DNA from: an uncultured Planctomycetaceae bacterium
Lineage (GTDB): Bacteria; Planctomycetota; Planctomycetia; Pirellulales; Thermoguttaceae
Assembly (NCBI GenBank): GCA_963760935.1
Contig: CAVXFB010000002.1
Location: 54,716-118,715, forward strand
Reading direction: 5' to 3'
DNA: 64,000 bases
Shown one piece after another: positions 1 to 8,644 of the stretch. The first letter of the stretch is position 1. Every line of letters starts with the position of its first letter. The notes under the pieces were generated by a model that worked only from the letters and a program-made list of their open reading frames with translations, did no database searches and had not been told where the DNA came from. The position numbers and the translations under genes are program-made.

Positions 1-147
1 GTACCCGACCGGATCGTGAATGAGCCCAAGCTGGGCGGCGCATCCATCACGCAGTTCATGATCGACGATGGCTGGATCGGCGTAGCCCTCGGCCCGAAGC
101 GCCCCGTCGAAACTACTGCCCGCCGTCCGCACTGGGGCCTGTGGTAA
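1..147 (+). CDS. C-terminal end of an unidentified protein (gene starts upstream of the window)
   Basis: Frame 1 is open from base 1 to TAA at 145-147 (...ITQFMIDDGWIGVALGPKRPVETTARRPHWGLW*). Convergent with greA. Too short to assign a family. Confidence 0.3.
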   Translation, partial: VPDRIVNEPKLGGASITQFMIDDGWIGVALGPKRPVETTARRPHWGLW

Positions 148-178
148 GCGACCGGCCGCTGCCGGCGACAGGACACGC

Positions 179-655
179 TCACTCAAACCGAATGTCAAGA
201 ATCTCGAACTTCAGCGTGCCCTGCGGCACGACGATTTCGACCCGCTCGCCCACCTTCTTACCGACCAGCCCGTGTGCCAGTGGACTGGTAATCATGATCT
301 TGCCGCTGTCGTAGTCCTCTTCGCCTGCACCGACCAGCGTAAACTCTTCTTCATCGCCAAACGCGAGGTCTTTCACCTTGACCGTCGCCCCAAAGGAAAC
401 CTCATCCTTGGGTACCTGCGACGGGTCGATCAGCACGGCACGCGCCAGCTTGTCGCGCAGCACATTGATCCGCGCTTCCATCATGGCCTGGCTCTCTCGT
501 GCGCCATGGTATTCCGCGTTCTCGCTCAGATCGCCTTCGCCCCTGGCCGTGGCCAGCCGCTCCAATATCTTGGGCAATTCGACCGTATGCAGATGATCGA
601 GGTCTGCCTTGATCTTATCGTAGCCCGTCCGGGTCATGGGGATGCGTTCGGACAT
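179..655 (-). CDS. greA: transcription elongation factor GreA
   Basis: 158-aa ORF. N-terminal coiled-coil with [14 protein letters not shown] and a C-terminal FKBP-like domain (ISxxSPLAxGLxGKKVGE), typical of the GreA/GreB family at GreA length. Confidence 0.95.
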   Translation of the reverse strand: MSERIPMTRTGYDKIKADLDHLHTVELPKILERLATARGEGDLSENAEYHGARESQAMMEARINVLRDKLARAVLIDPSQVPKDEVSFGATVKVKDLAFGDEEEFTLVGAGEEDYDSGKIMITSPLAHGLVGKKVGERVEIVVPQGTLKFEILDIRFE

Positions 656-779
656 GAGAGCACCATCTTTGAAAAACAGAAGGGGGAAGAAAGAGTGGCG
701 AAGAGAGAAAGCGACGATCCGCTCATTCTCTCTTCGCCGCTCGCTCTTCTCCCTTCAACCGTACTAAATTATACCCAAG

Positions 780-821
780 TGGAGCGGAGGAGGGGCAAAC
801 TCCCGACCTCTGCACTGCAAA
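780..821 (-). repeat. 3'-terminal fragment of tRNA-Ala (direct repeat of 8397-8438)
   Basis: Hand alignment gives 38/42 nt identical to the 3' part (acceptor, T-arm, start of anticodon arm) of the intact tRNA-Ala at 8397-8469, in the same orientation. No D-arm or 5' acceptor follows. Confidence 0.6.
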
Positions 822-1241
822 AATACCCCAGCCCACGATCACCGACGCGAATGGCCCCGACGTTTGACGCTATTATACGGGTTTTCACAGCCTTTGCAAC
901 TCGTCACATAATGTCGGCAGGAGAACTGCAAGGTCCGGGGTCTGGTCCATCGTTTGGCTCAAACATACGGCGATGGCTGTTGCCTCGACTCCGAAAACAT
1001 GGACCTGACCCCTTCGCGCCAGGACTTTTCAGTTCTCCCAATATTATGCTGCGGGACTTCGCTGGCTTTCGCGGTATCGCCGAACGCGAGACGGTATGTG
1101 TACAATGAGGAGGAAGCCCGCCCGGCAGAAGGCGCGCAAGTGCGATTGCACTTGTTGCTGTTGCGCGATGCTGATACGATGGCCGCGATTTCTTTGATAC
1201 GACTTCACCGGGGAGTGCCGGCCTCCTCGGTCGACTTATGA

Positions 1242-3758
1242 ATGACGACCGCTTCGGGCGCAGCACTCTTGGCTCTTAGGCGTGGACGGATGCGCCAACC
1301 AACAATCACAAAGATCGGACCAAACGTACACGTCTACGCCGGCCTGTTCGTCGTCAGCTTTTCGGCCCTCGCGCTCGAAGTGGCGTTGGTGCGGCTGTTG
1401 AGCGTCACGACGTGGTACCACTTGGCGTTCTTCGCCATCTCGACAGCCATGCTGGGAGGCACAGCAGGGGCGATCAGGGTCTACCTTCGCCCGGGCGCGT
1501 TCCCTCGCGACAGTCTGGACAAAGTCGTCAGCGTATATTGCGTCTACTTGGCATTGAGCATTCCGGCGACGCTCGTGATGCTCTGTCTCATCCCGTTGTC
1601 GCTCGACAAGACCATCATGAGTCTATTGGCGATGCTAGCCACGACGGTCGCCTGCGCGTTTCCCTATTATTTCGTCGGCACGGTCGTTTCCGCAACCTTA
1701 ACCAGGTCCGACCTGCCAATTGGCAGGCTCTATGCGAGTGACTTGATCGGGGCGTCGCTGGGCTGTCTGTTCGTCTTGGGGGCGCTTGAGTTTCTGGACG
1801 TTCCCAGCCTGATTCTTCTATGCAGTTGCACGGCCGCCTTGGCTGCTTTGATCTTTGCAATGCGAACCACGTGGAGGCGCCGCCTGTTACTGGCCGGCCT
1901 TTCCGCAGCAATGCTGGCCGGGACGATTCTCAACTCGCTCAGCCTCAAGGCAATCAGACCCCTGGTTCTCAAGGGCACCGTCATCGAACCGGCCTTCCGC
2001 TACGCGATCGACCGCTGGAATTCGTATTCCCGCGTGACCGTCTATCCGTCCGTGTGGTGCGCACCGCAATACTGGGGCCCTAGCCCTTGGGCGCCGTTGG
2101 ATCCGGTGAACCAGCGCGTAATGACCATTGACGGCGGCGCGGCGACTGTGATGCGGAGATTCGCCGGCTACGGCGACATCGAACATCTGCGTTACGATGT
2201 GACGAACTTCGCCTATCATCTGGGCAGAAAAGGCGAAGCATGCATCATCGGTGTCGGCGGCGGCCGCGACATTCAGAGCGCGCTGCTCTTCAGACAGCAG
2301 CACGTCACCGGCGTCGAGATCAATCCCATCTTCATCGATCTCCTGGAACATGAATTCCGCGACTTTGCAGGACTGGCCGGCCGCCCCGATGTCACTCTCG
2401 TGACGGCCGAAGCGCGACGGTATTTGTCCCGCGATCCTAAGAAGTACGCCGTGATTCAAATGTCCCTGACCGACACCTGGGCGTCCACGGGCGCCGGGGC
2501 CTTCTCCTTGTCCGAAAACTCGCTCTATACCGTTGAAGCATGGAGCGTCTTCTTCGATCGGCTGGCCGACGACGGGATCTTCACCGTTTCGAGGTGGCAC
2601 AACCCCGAAATGCTGGGCGAAACGGGGCGCCTGGTGGCGCTGGCCTGCGGCGCGTTGCTGCGACAGGGAATCCAAGACCCATCCAAACACTTGGCGCTAG
2701 TCAGCACCGAGAACCTCGCGACCTTGCTTGTAAGCCGGCGGCCCTTCACCCAAAGTGATGTCGATAAGATTCGGAGCATCTGCCGGCAATATGGCTTCCG
2801 CCCCGTGTTAATCCCGGGACAACAACCGACCATAGCCCTGCTCCAACGAATTGTGTCTGCCCGAACGTACGACGATTTGTTGGCGGCAACCAGCGGCGGA
2901 GAGTACGATTGCAGTCCGACGACGGATGAAAACCCCTACTTCTTCAACATGCTCCGCCTTGGCCACCTTTCGGCGGCATTCGCGGGCATTGGCGGCACCG
3001 GTGTCCTCAACGGCAATCTGATCGCCACGCTGACGCTCATCGCGCTTTTGGCGATGCTCCTGCTAACCGTGTTTGCGGCAATCGTCGTTCCCCTGTTGCT
3101 CCGAGAGCGCTACGAGACGGACGTCGCCGGTGTTGCCGGCAATCCGTGGTGGGGCGCAATCTATTTTTCGTTGATCGGCGGGGGCTTTATGCTGGTCGAG
3201 ATCGCCTTGATCCAGAGACTCACCGTGCTGTTGAGCCACCCAACCCAGGCGTTGGGAATCCTGCTGTTTACGATTATCGCCAGCACCGGGGTGGGCAGCC
3301 TTCTCAGCGGCCGCTGCTTCGTCATCCGACCGCCTTGGATCTACGTCTATCCGCTGGCGATGGCAGCCCTGATTGTCAGTGTGCGCTTTGTGCTCGGCCT
3401 GTTGCTGCGCGAGATGATCGCCGCCAGCCTGCTGTGGACGATTGCCGCCTCGGTCGCCGTCATCTTTCCTCTCGGACTCCTGATGGGCATGTTCTTTCCG
3501 TCCGGCATGCGGCTGGCACAAGCCGTATGCCCCTTGCATACGCCCTGGTACTGGGCGCTCAACGGCATCTTCGGCGTCCTCTGCTCGGCCGCGGCGGTGT
3601 TCATCTCCATCTATGTGAGCGTGTCGACGAACTTCTACCTCGCGGCCGGTTGTTATCTCGCCGCACTCGTGCCGCTTGCGGCGATGTGCAAGCAGGCTGG
3701 TTCGGCGGCCTCTGCGGTCCAACAATTCGAGCAAAAAGCGGGTGTTGCGAGTGGCTGA
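1242..3758 (+). CDS. fused multi-pass membrane / spermidine-synthase-like (class I methyltransferase fold) protein
   Basis: 838-aa ORF with an ATG start. Hydrophobic N- and C-terminal multi-TM blocks flank a soluble core with a GxGxG-type motif (CIIGVGGGRD) and VTGVEINPIFIDL...VIQMSLTDTW...DGIFTVSRW, as in spermidine/spermine synthase-like proteins. Confidence 0.7.
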   Translation: MTTASGAALLALRRGRMRQPTITKIGPNVHVYAGLFVVSFSALALEVALVRLLSVTTWYHLAFFAISTAMLGGTAGAIRVYLRPGAFPRDSLDKVVSVYCVYLALSIPATLVMLCLIPLSLDKTIMSLLAMLATTVACAFPYYFVGTVVSATLTRSDLPIGRLYASDLIGASLGCLFVLGALEFLDVPSLILLCSCTAALAALIFAMRTTWRRRLLLAGLSAAMLAGTILNSLSLKAIRPLVLKGTVIEPAFRYAIDRWNSYSRVTVYPSVWCAPQYWGPSPWAPLDPVNQRVMTIDGGAATVMRRFAGYGDIEHLRYDVTNFAYHLGRKGEACIIGVGGGRDIQSALLFRQQHVTGVEINPIFIDLLEHEFRDFAGLAGRPDVTLVTAEARRYLSRDPKKYAVIQMSLTDTWASTGAGAFSLSENSLYTVEAWSVFFDRLADDGIFTVSRWHNPEMLGETGRLVALACGALLRQGIQDPSKHLALVSTENLATLLVSRRPFTQSDVDKIRSICRQYGFRPVLIPGQQPTIALLQRIVSARTYDDLLAATSGGEYDCSPTTDENPYFFNMLRLGHLSAAFAGIGGTGVLNGNLIATLTLIALLAMLLLTVFAAIVVPLLLRERYETDVAGVAGNPWWGAIYFSLIGGGFMLVEIALIQRLTVLLSHPTQALGILLFTIIASTGVGSLLSGRCFVIRPPWIYVYPLAMAALIVSVRFVLGLLLREMIAASLLWTIAASVAVIFPLGLLMGMFFPSGMRLAQAVCPLHTPWYWALNGIFGVLCSAAAVFISIYVSVSTNFYLAAGCYLAALVPLAAMCKQAGSAASAVQQFEQKAGVASG

Positions 3759-3822
3759 CGATGCAGACGGTGACGGGAGCAAATCTCGCCCGAAACTAGG
3801 CCTTGCTGGAAAAGGCGAAAAC

Positions 3823-3897
3823 GTCATCCTGAGCGCAGCGAAGGATCTCTTCCGAGGCCGGGAAAGCTCGCAGATTCTTCGCTGCGCTCAGAATGAC
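3823..3897. repeat. inverted-repeat element (GTCATCCTGAGCGCAGCGAAGGATCT ... AGATTCTTCGCTGCGCTCAGAATGAC)
   Basis: ~26-nt arms, nearly complementary, separated by ~23 nt in the intergenic region after the 838-aa gene. Belongs to the widespread SAAKDL/RCAQ-translating palindromic repeat type. May act as a terminator. Confidence 0.7.
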
Positions 3898-4086
3898 AAT
3901 TGGGAGGTTCCGGTGTTTTCCGACAAAGCCTAGGACTCGATACTCGCTTTGGCCGATGGAACGGATGGTCTGGCAGGTCCGATGAGACATGCCGCTTAGA
4001 AATTTGCCGAACCATTCAACGTATGCCACAATTGATAGTTGCCGACCCACCCCGCCTCGCTGCCAAACTCTTCCGGAATCGAAGCG

Positions 4087-5934
4087 ATGAACGCACCGCC
4101 GGAAATCAACTCACCTAGGCACGCGCGCTGGAAGGTCGTGGCCATCTGTGCGTTCTTGCTGTTTGCCGTTGCGTTGGTATTCAGCGGCACGGTCCGCTTC
4201 CAATTCATCAACCTCGACGATTACCTGTGCGTGCTTCAGAATCCGCACGTCTCGCACGGTCTAACCTGGCACGGCCTGCGTTGGAGCTTCACCAACCGGC
4301 TTGTGGGCAATTCGGTCCCGCTTACGTGGATCACCCACATGCTCGACTGGCAACTCTATGGCGACAATGCCGGGCTGCACCATCTCACCAACGTCTTGCT
4401 GCACGCCGCGACTGTGGTGTTGCTGTTTCTCGTCCTGTGGCGCATGACCGGGCGTCTATGGCTAAGCGCCTTGGCGACGGCCCTGTTCGCGATCCATCCC
4501 ATGCGGGTTGAATCGGTGGCCTGGGTGACATCGCGAAAAGACGTCCTCAGCGGTCTGTTCTTCGTCTTGACTCTCGGCGCGTATACGAGCTACGTACGGC
4601 ACCCCTTTTCCGTGGTCCGATACATGGTTGTCGTTGTCTTCTTCGTGTTGGGGCTCATGTCGAAACCGATGTTGGTGACGTTGCCGGCCGTGCTGCTTCT
4701 GTTGGACTACTGGCCGCTCGGACGATTGCCTGTGCAACAGAGCTTCCGGGCCGCGATGCGACTTGTTGCCGAGAAGATTCCGCTGTTTCTCATAGTGGTT
4801 GCCTGCTGTGTGATAACCATCTGGGCGCAGTTCGTCTCCACTTTTCAATGGCGGCCTTGGCCGTGGCGGATCGGCAACGTCTTGCTCTCCTACGTCGCCT
4901 ACCTGGGCCAATTCTTCTATCCGGCTGGCTTGGCGCCGCTTTGCCCGCTCCGCGGCCCCGACTTGCCGCTTTGGCAGACGGTCGGTGCGGGCGTGCTTCT
5001 GTTCGGCATCACATCGGCCGCATTGGTGTGGCGACGCAAGTGCCCTTATCTGTTCGTAGGCTGGCTGTGGTACTTGGGAACATTGGTGCCGGTGATCGGG
5101 CTGGTGCCGTTCGGCGCGGAAATCGCCGCCGATCGTTTTACGTATCTGCCGCAAATCGGCCTATGCATTGCCCTGGTGTGGGGAGCGGCCGATCTGTGTC
5201 GCACATGGCCCTATCGTCGCTGGATTTGTGGATTCTGCTCAATCGCAATTCTAACGGCCCTTATTGGGTGCGCATGGATTCAGACATCCTATTGGCACGA
5301 CAGCGTGACGCTCTGGAACCGCACGCTGGCCTGCACTTCGAATAACTACTTGGCACACGATGCGATGGGAGGCGCGCTAATCCTCCAAGGTCGCATTGAC
5401 GATGCGCTAGCAGAGTACCACAAAGCACTTGAAATCGAACCGAACTACGCCGGGTCGCACTACAATCTCGGTGTTGCCGCAGCCAGTCGCGGCCAATTGT
5501 ACGAAGCCATCGCACATTATGAGAAGGCGCTGGCGGCAAATCCGCGCCTCATTGCCGCTCAAAACAATCTCGGCAATGCTTTGCTTAGTTGTGGCCGACT
5601 AAAGGAGGGCATGAAACACTGTCGCGAGGCGTTGCGGCTCGACCCGGACCTTGCGGAAGCGTCGTACAACCTTGGCAATGGCCTGTATGCGAGTGGTGCG
5701 CTGGACGAGGCCATCAAAAACTACCGCGATGCGCTAAAATCCCGCCCTGACTACACCGAGGCACATTTCCATCTTGGGTTGGCCTTGGCAGCCCGCCGCC
5801 AATTTGATGACGCGCTATCCCACTACCGGACGGCCCTGAATCTGGCAGTGCGACAAGATCAGCCAGGGTTGGCCGACGCCGTGCGCGTGCAGATCGCCCG
5901 CGCTGAATCGGCGAAGCGTTCGTCTCGGCCATAG
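4087..5934 (+). CDS. TMTC-like membrane protein: GT-C-type multi-TM domain (DUF1736-like) fused to C-terminal TPR repeats
   Basis: ORF 4039..5934; the first ATG is at 4087 (MNAPPEIN). Motifs HLTNVLLHA...AIHPMRVESVAWVTSRKDVLSGLFF resemble the DUF1736 region of TMTC O-mannosyltransferases. The C-terminus has about six TPR units (YNLG/NNLG...A...Y..AL...P). Paralog of 47364..49592. Confidence 0.8.
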   Translation: MNAPPEINSPRHARWKVVAICAFLLFAVALVFSGTVRFQFINLDDYLCVLQNPHVSHGLTWHGLRWSFTNRLVGNSVPLTWITHMLDWQLYGDNAGLHHLTNVLLHAATVVLLFLVLWRMTGRLWLSALATALFAIHPMRVESVAWVTSRKDVLSGLFFVLTLGAYTSYVRHPFSVVRYMVVVVFFVLGLMSKPMLVTLPAVLLLLDYWPLGRLPVQQSFRAAMRLVAEKIPLFLIVVACCVITIWAQFVSTFQWRPWPWRIGNVLLSYVAYLGQFFYPAGLAPLCPLRGPDLPLWQTVGAGVLLFGITSAALVWRRKCPYLFVGWLWYLGTLVPVIGLVPFGAEIAADRFTYLPQIGLCIALVWGAADLCRTWPYRRWICGFCSIAILTALIGCAWIQTSYWHDSVTLWNRTLACTSNNYLAHDAMGGALILQGRIDDALAEYHKALEIEPNYAGSHYNLGVAAASRGQLYEAIAHYEKALAANPRLIAAQNNLGNALLSCGRLKEGMKHCREALRLDPDLAEASYNLGNGLYASGALDEAIKNYRDALKSRPDYTEAHFHLGLALAARRQFDDALSHYRTALNLAVRQDQPGLADAVRVQIARAESAKRSSRP

Positions 5935-5976
5935 ACGGCCGCTTCGTGCTGAGCAAGAACAGAGTCCTCTTGGACC

Positions 5977-6307
5977 ATGTGTTAATGTAGTATATATACT
6001 ACATTAACACATCGTTCCTTTCGGTCACGCAGCTTCTGTGGAATGGTATGCCTGCTTGTAAAGGACTGCGCAGAATGGTGTTAGGTCACGTGGCGGTCGC
6101 GAAGGGCAATAGAGCCGTGGTGTGATTGCGGCGTAGTATATATACTACGCCGCAATGATACCCTGCTTGCCGTCCAACCGTCGTGCGCAGTATGTATACT
6201 GCGCACGACGGTTGGACGGCAAGCAGGGACGAGCCCGATAAGCCTGCAGGGCTATGGTTGCTCAATTACGTAGTATATATACTACGTAATTGAGCAACCA
6301 TAGCCCT
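5977..6307. repeat. array of four perfect palindromes with a shared AT-rich core: P1 5977-6012, P2 6125-6156, P3 6161-6228, P4 6248-6307
   Basis: Base-by-base check. P1 is 36 bp, P2 32 bp and P4 60 bp, all perfectly self-complementary. P3 is 68 bp with only the central G.T pair mismatched. Cores are tGTAGTATATATACTACa, cGTAGTATATATACTACg, gCAGTATGTATACTGc and cGTAGTATATATACTACg. Arms outside the core are unrelated to each other. Confidence 0.9.
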
Positions 6308-6322
6308 CAAACCATTCCGCCG

Positions 6323-7219
6323 ATGATCCGATTAAAGCGAGACCTCATTTCTAAGACTCTTCGAAAAACCAAAACGAACATCTTCATGTTCGCCCAGCTT
6401 TCACCGTTGCTCCAGGAGCACGTTCACGAGTGGGCTGTCGACAACGAAACTGAGTTACCAGATGCTGAGTTGATCACGCCAGAGTCGCGCGGGGTGAACG
6501 CGTTAATAGAAGCGATCGTAAGAGCCGGCATTTTGAAGAAAGCAGTTCTGCCATTCCCTTACCGAGAAGACATACGCTATCTCTTTGGAGAGATCGATCT
6601 ACTCGACTTGGTCCAATCGCTCAGTAATGTCGGTTATTTCACGCATTTCACAGCCATAAGCCTGAACAATCTTACGGAACAGATTCCCAAAACGATCTAC
6701 TTCAACGTCGAGCAACGCACATCTGGCGGCATGGGACAGTTAAGCCAAGAGGCTCTGGATCGCGCCTTCAAGGCTAAACCTCGCCTTTCGTCGAACGTAG
6801 TGGAGTATAAAGGTACGCGAATCGTGAAGGTCAATGGCAGAAACACCAGCAGTCTCGGGGTATCCATAAAACGGCGCGCCGACGCTGGAGCATTGAGAGT
6901 AACGGACTGCGAGCGCACATTGATCGATGCCACGGTTCGACCGGCTTACAGCGGCGGAATCGCAGTCGTAGCAAGGGCGTTTGAGCTTGCCAAAGACTTC
7001 GTATCCATTAACAAGCTCACCGCCTACCTGCGGAAGCTTCGCTACGTGTATCCCTATCACCAAGCCGTGGGATTCTACTTAGAGCGAGCCGGCTATGAGG
7101 AGCCTCTGCTGAAATTGCTGGAGCAGTTTCCTATCGAGTATGACTTCTATCTGCAGCATGACATCAAGTCGCCAGTGCTCAATAAGAGGTGGCGGCTATA
7201 TGCTCCAAAGGGATTCTAA
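6323..7219 (+). CDS. AbiEi-like (type IV toxin-antitoxin antitoxin / COG5340-type transcriptional regulator) protein
   Basis: ORF 6290..7219; the first ATG is at 6323, 16 nt after palindrome P4. The C-terminal region has TDCERTLIDATVRPAYSGGIAVVARAFELAKD...LRYVYPYHQAVGFYLERAG, resembling the conserved AbiEi C-terminal domain (ERTLLD...GG...; QR.GYLLE). Called from remembered motifs only. Region is AT-richer by eye. Confidence 0.55.
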   Translation: MIRLKRDLISKTLRKTKTNIFMFAQLSPLLQEHVHEWAVDNETELPDAELITPESRGVNALIEAIVRAGILKKAVLPFPYREDIRYLFGEIDLLDLVQSLSNVGYFTHFTAISLNNLTEQIPKTIYFNVEQRTSGGMGQLSQEALDRAFKAKPRLSSNVVEYKGTRIVKVNGRNTSSLGVSIKRRADAGALRVTDCERTLIDATVRPAYSGGIAVVARAFELAKDFVSINKLTAYLRKLRYVYPYHQAVGFYLERAGYEEPLLKLLEQFPIEYDFYLQHDIKSPVLNKRWRLYAPKGF

Positions 7220-8065
7220 CATCCCGCATCTTTCCACCACGTAGTTGTAGTAGAAGTCGAACTCCTGGAGTTCAAAGTCAGGGCGAACCGTTGGCGCGAT
7301 CGAAACAAAATCCGGCCGATGAAACTCTCTCGTTGCCTCATCGCTGATCTTGGCAAGAAGTGTGACGTCAACACGTTTTGCTTGAAATACTTTTCGTACG
7401 GTCTGATGGAAACTACTATTTGCGAAGTCCACATTGACGTAGGTTGAAACCGTGTGAATATCGAAAAAGTCCCTTCCTCGCGGAGTCGCATGTTTCTTCA
7501 ATTGCTTTGAATATTCCGGCATTTGCTGGCAAACCGCCCGGAGTTTTTCGGCAACGAACATCTGCGGCGAGTAGGCAAACACCGTAAACCCATCAACCAG
7601 TTCACTCACTCGTTCGTCAAGGTACTCGTGTTTGCTTATATCGATCGGAAACTTCTTGCCGTTGTGGCCGATCACCGTCATGGCGGCCATATGCCGTTTC
7701 CGTTGATCCGTGGTTTGTATTCTATAGGTCTCACTATCAACAATCTTGAATGCAACCTTGTAGCCACCCCAAAAACTGCGGCACTCCTCCGTAAGATTTC
7801 GCGGTTCTTCGACGAGTGTTACGTCAAATACCACGTAGCCCTTCTGTTCGAACCAATGGAAGAGAGCTCTTTCGATCAATCTTCTGAATGTCTCTGCATT
7901 CTCGACATCTCCGCAAATCGAAAGATCAATATCCTGTGATGGGCGCGTGGAGATGCCGTAAACAACATCAAGAAGATTACCGCCCTTAAGCACCAATCGT
8001 TGCATCAGGGAGTTATCGGCAAACAGAGCAAGGATAACCTCGCGTTTTAGATCGCTAATGGTCAT
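7196..8065 (-). CDS. nucleotidyltransferase AbiEii/AbiGii toxin family protein (DUF1814)
   Basis: 289-aa ORF with LKGGNLLDVVYG...RPSQDIDLS (the nucleotidyltransferase G-x-S/D.D motif context typical of DUF1814) and a downstream FAEKLRA motif. Convergent with, and overlapping by 24 nt, the AbiEi-like ORF. Confidence 0.8.
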   Translation of the reverse strand: MTISDLKREVILALFADNSLMQRLVLKGGNLLDVVYGISTRPSQDIDLSICGDVENAETFRRLIERALFHWFEQKGYVVFDVTLVEEPRNLTEECRSFWGGYKVAFKIVDSETYRIQTTDQRKRHMAAMTVIGHNGKKFPIDISKHEYLDERVSELVDGFTVFAYSPQMFVAEKLRAVCQQMPEYSKQLKKHATPRGRDFFDIHTVSTYVNVDFANSSFHQTVRKVFQAKRVDVTLLAKISDEATREFHRPDFVSIAPTVRPDFELQEFDFYYNYVVERCGMLESLWSI

Positions 8066-8396
8066 ACCACGTCACGGACGCCGAGGTCCAAGCCCTTGTG
8101 CGTCTCGAACTTGCAATCTGATGGCGCCGTGAGCCACGATTCAATGGAATGAAGCTCAAACACTGGGTGAAAACCCAAGGCTAGTGATTGTTTTGCCAAG
8201 CACTGGTCTTTTCAAGACGTCGCCAAGCCGCCGAAACACCTTCCCAATCGGCAACGCTAAATACAACGCTGTAGGCAACGCCGCACACGTCGCCCCATAG
8301 TCTCCCATGATTTCCTATGAACTCTGAAGCCATCACGACGTGCTACCTTAGGAATGCATATACGAGAATAGGCGGGCTAGCGCCCACCTATTCATG

Positions 8397-8469
8397 TGGA
8401 GCGGAGGAGGGTCGAACTCCCGACCTCTGCATTGCGAACGCAGCGCTCTCCCAACTGAGCTACCGCCCC
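8397..8469 (-). tRNA. tRNA-Ala (anticodon CGC)
   Basis: The reverse complement GGGGCGGTAGCTCAGTTGGGAGAGCGCTGCGTTCGCAATGCAGAGGTCGGGAGTTCGACCCTCCTCCGCTCCA folds as a cloverleaf. G3:U70 Ala identity pair present; anticodon loop TTCGCAA. CCA is not encoded. Confidence 0.95.
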
Positions 8470-8644
8470 AGCTTGGTTTCCATTCTACGAACTTGCCGAA
8501 CGGTTAGCAACGGCTCCTGGCGCGAAGGGCAAAGGGGTGCAAGTTGTACATTTCAGGGGCGCTTACGCCTCTTCTCTGCCGACGGCGGCATCAGTCCGGG
8601 CCGTGTACGCCGCATCCGGAGCACATGGTCCGTGGCGAATGGTC

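Noticed and set aside
272-1108. 278-aa plus-strand ORF
   Set aside because: It overlaps greA antisense and runs through the tRNA-Ala fragment and intergenic DNA. No motifs or RBS.
5977-6307. CRISPR array interpretation of the palindromes
   Set aside because: There is no constant direct repeat alternating with unique spacers of uniform length. The units are self-complementary, differ in length (32-68 bp), share only the central core, and no cas genes are nearby.
8066-8214. Short minus-strand ORF (up to ~49 aa, ...VFELHSIESWLTAPSDCKFETHKGLDLGVRDVV*) whose stop overlaps the AbiEii ATG
   Set aside because: It is too short and lacks an ATG to be called a gene. It is noted only as a possible remnant of the cognate antitoxin.
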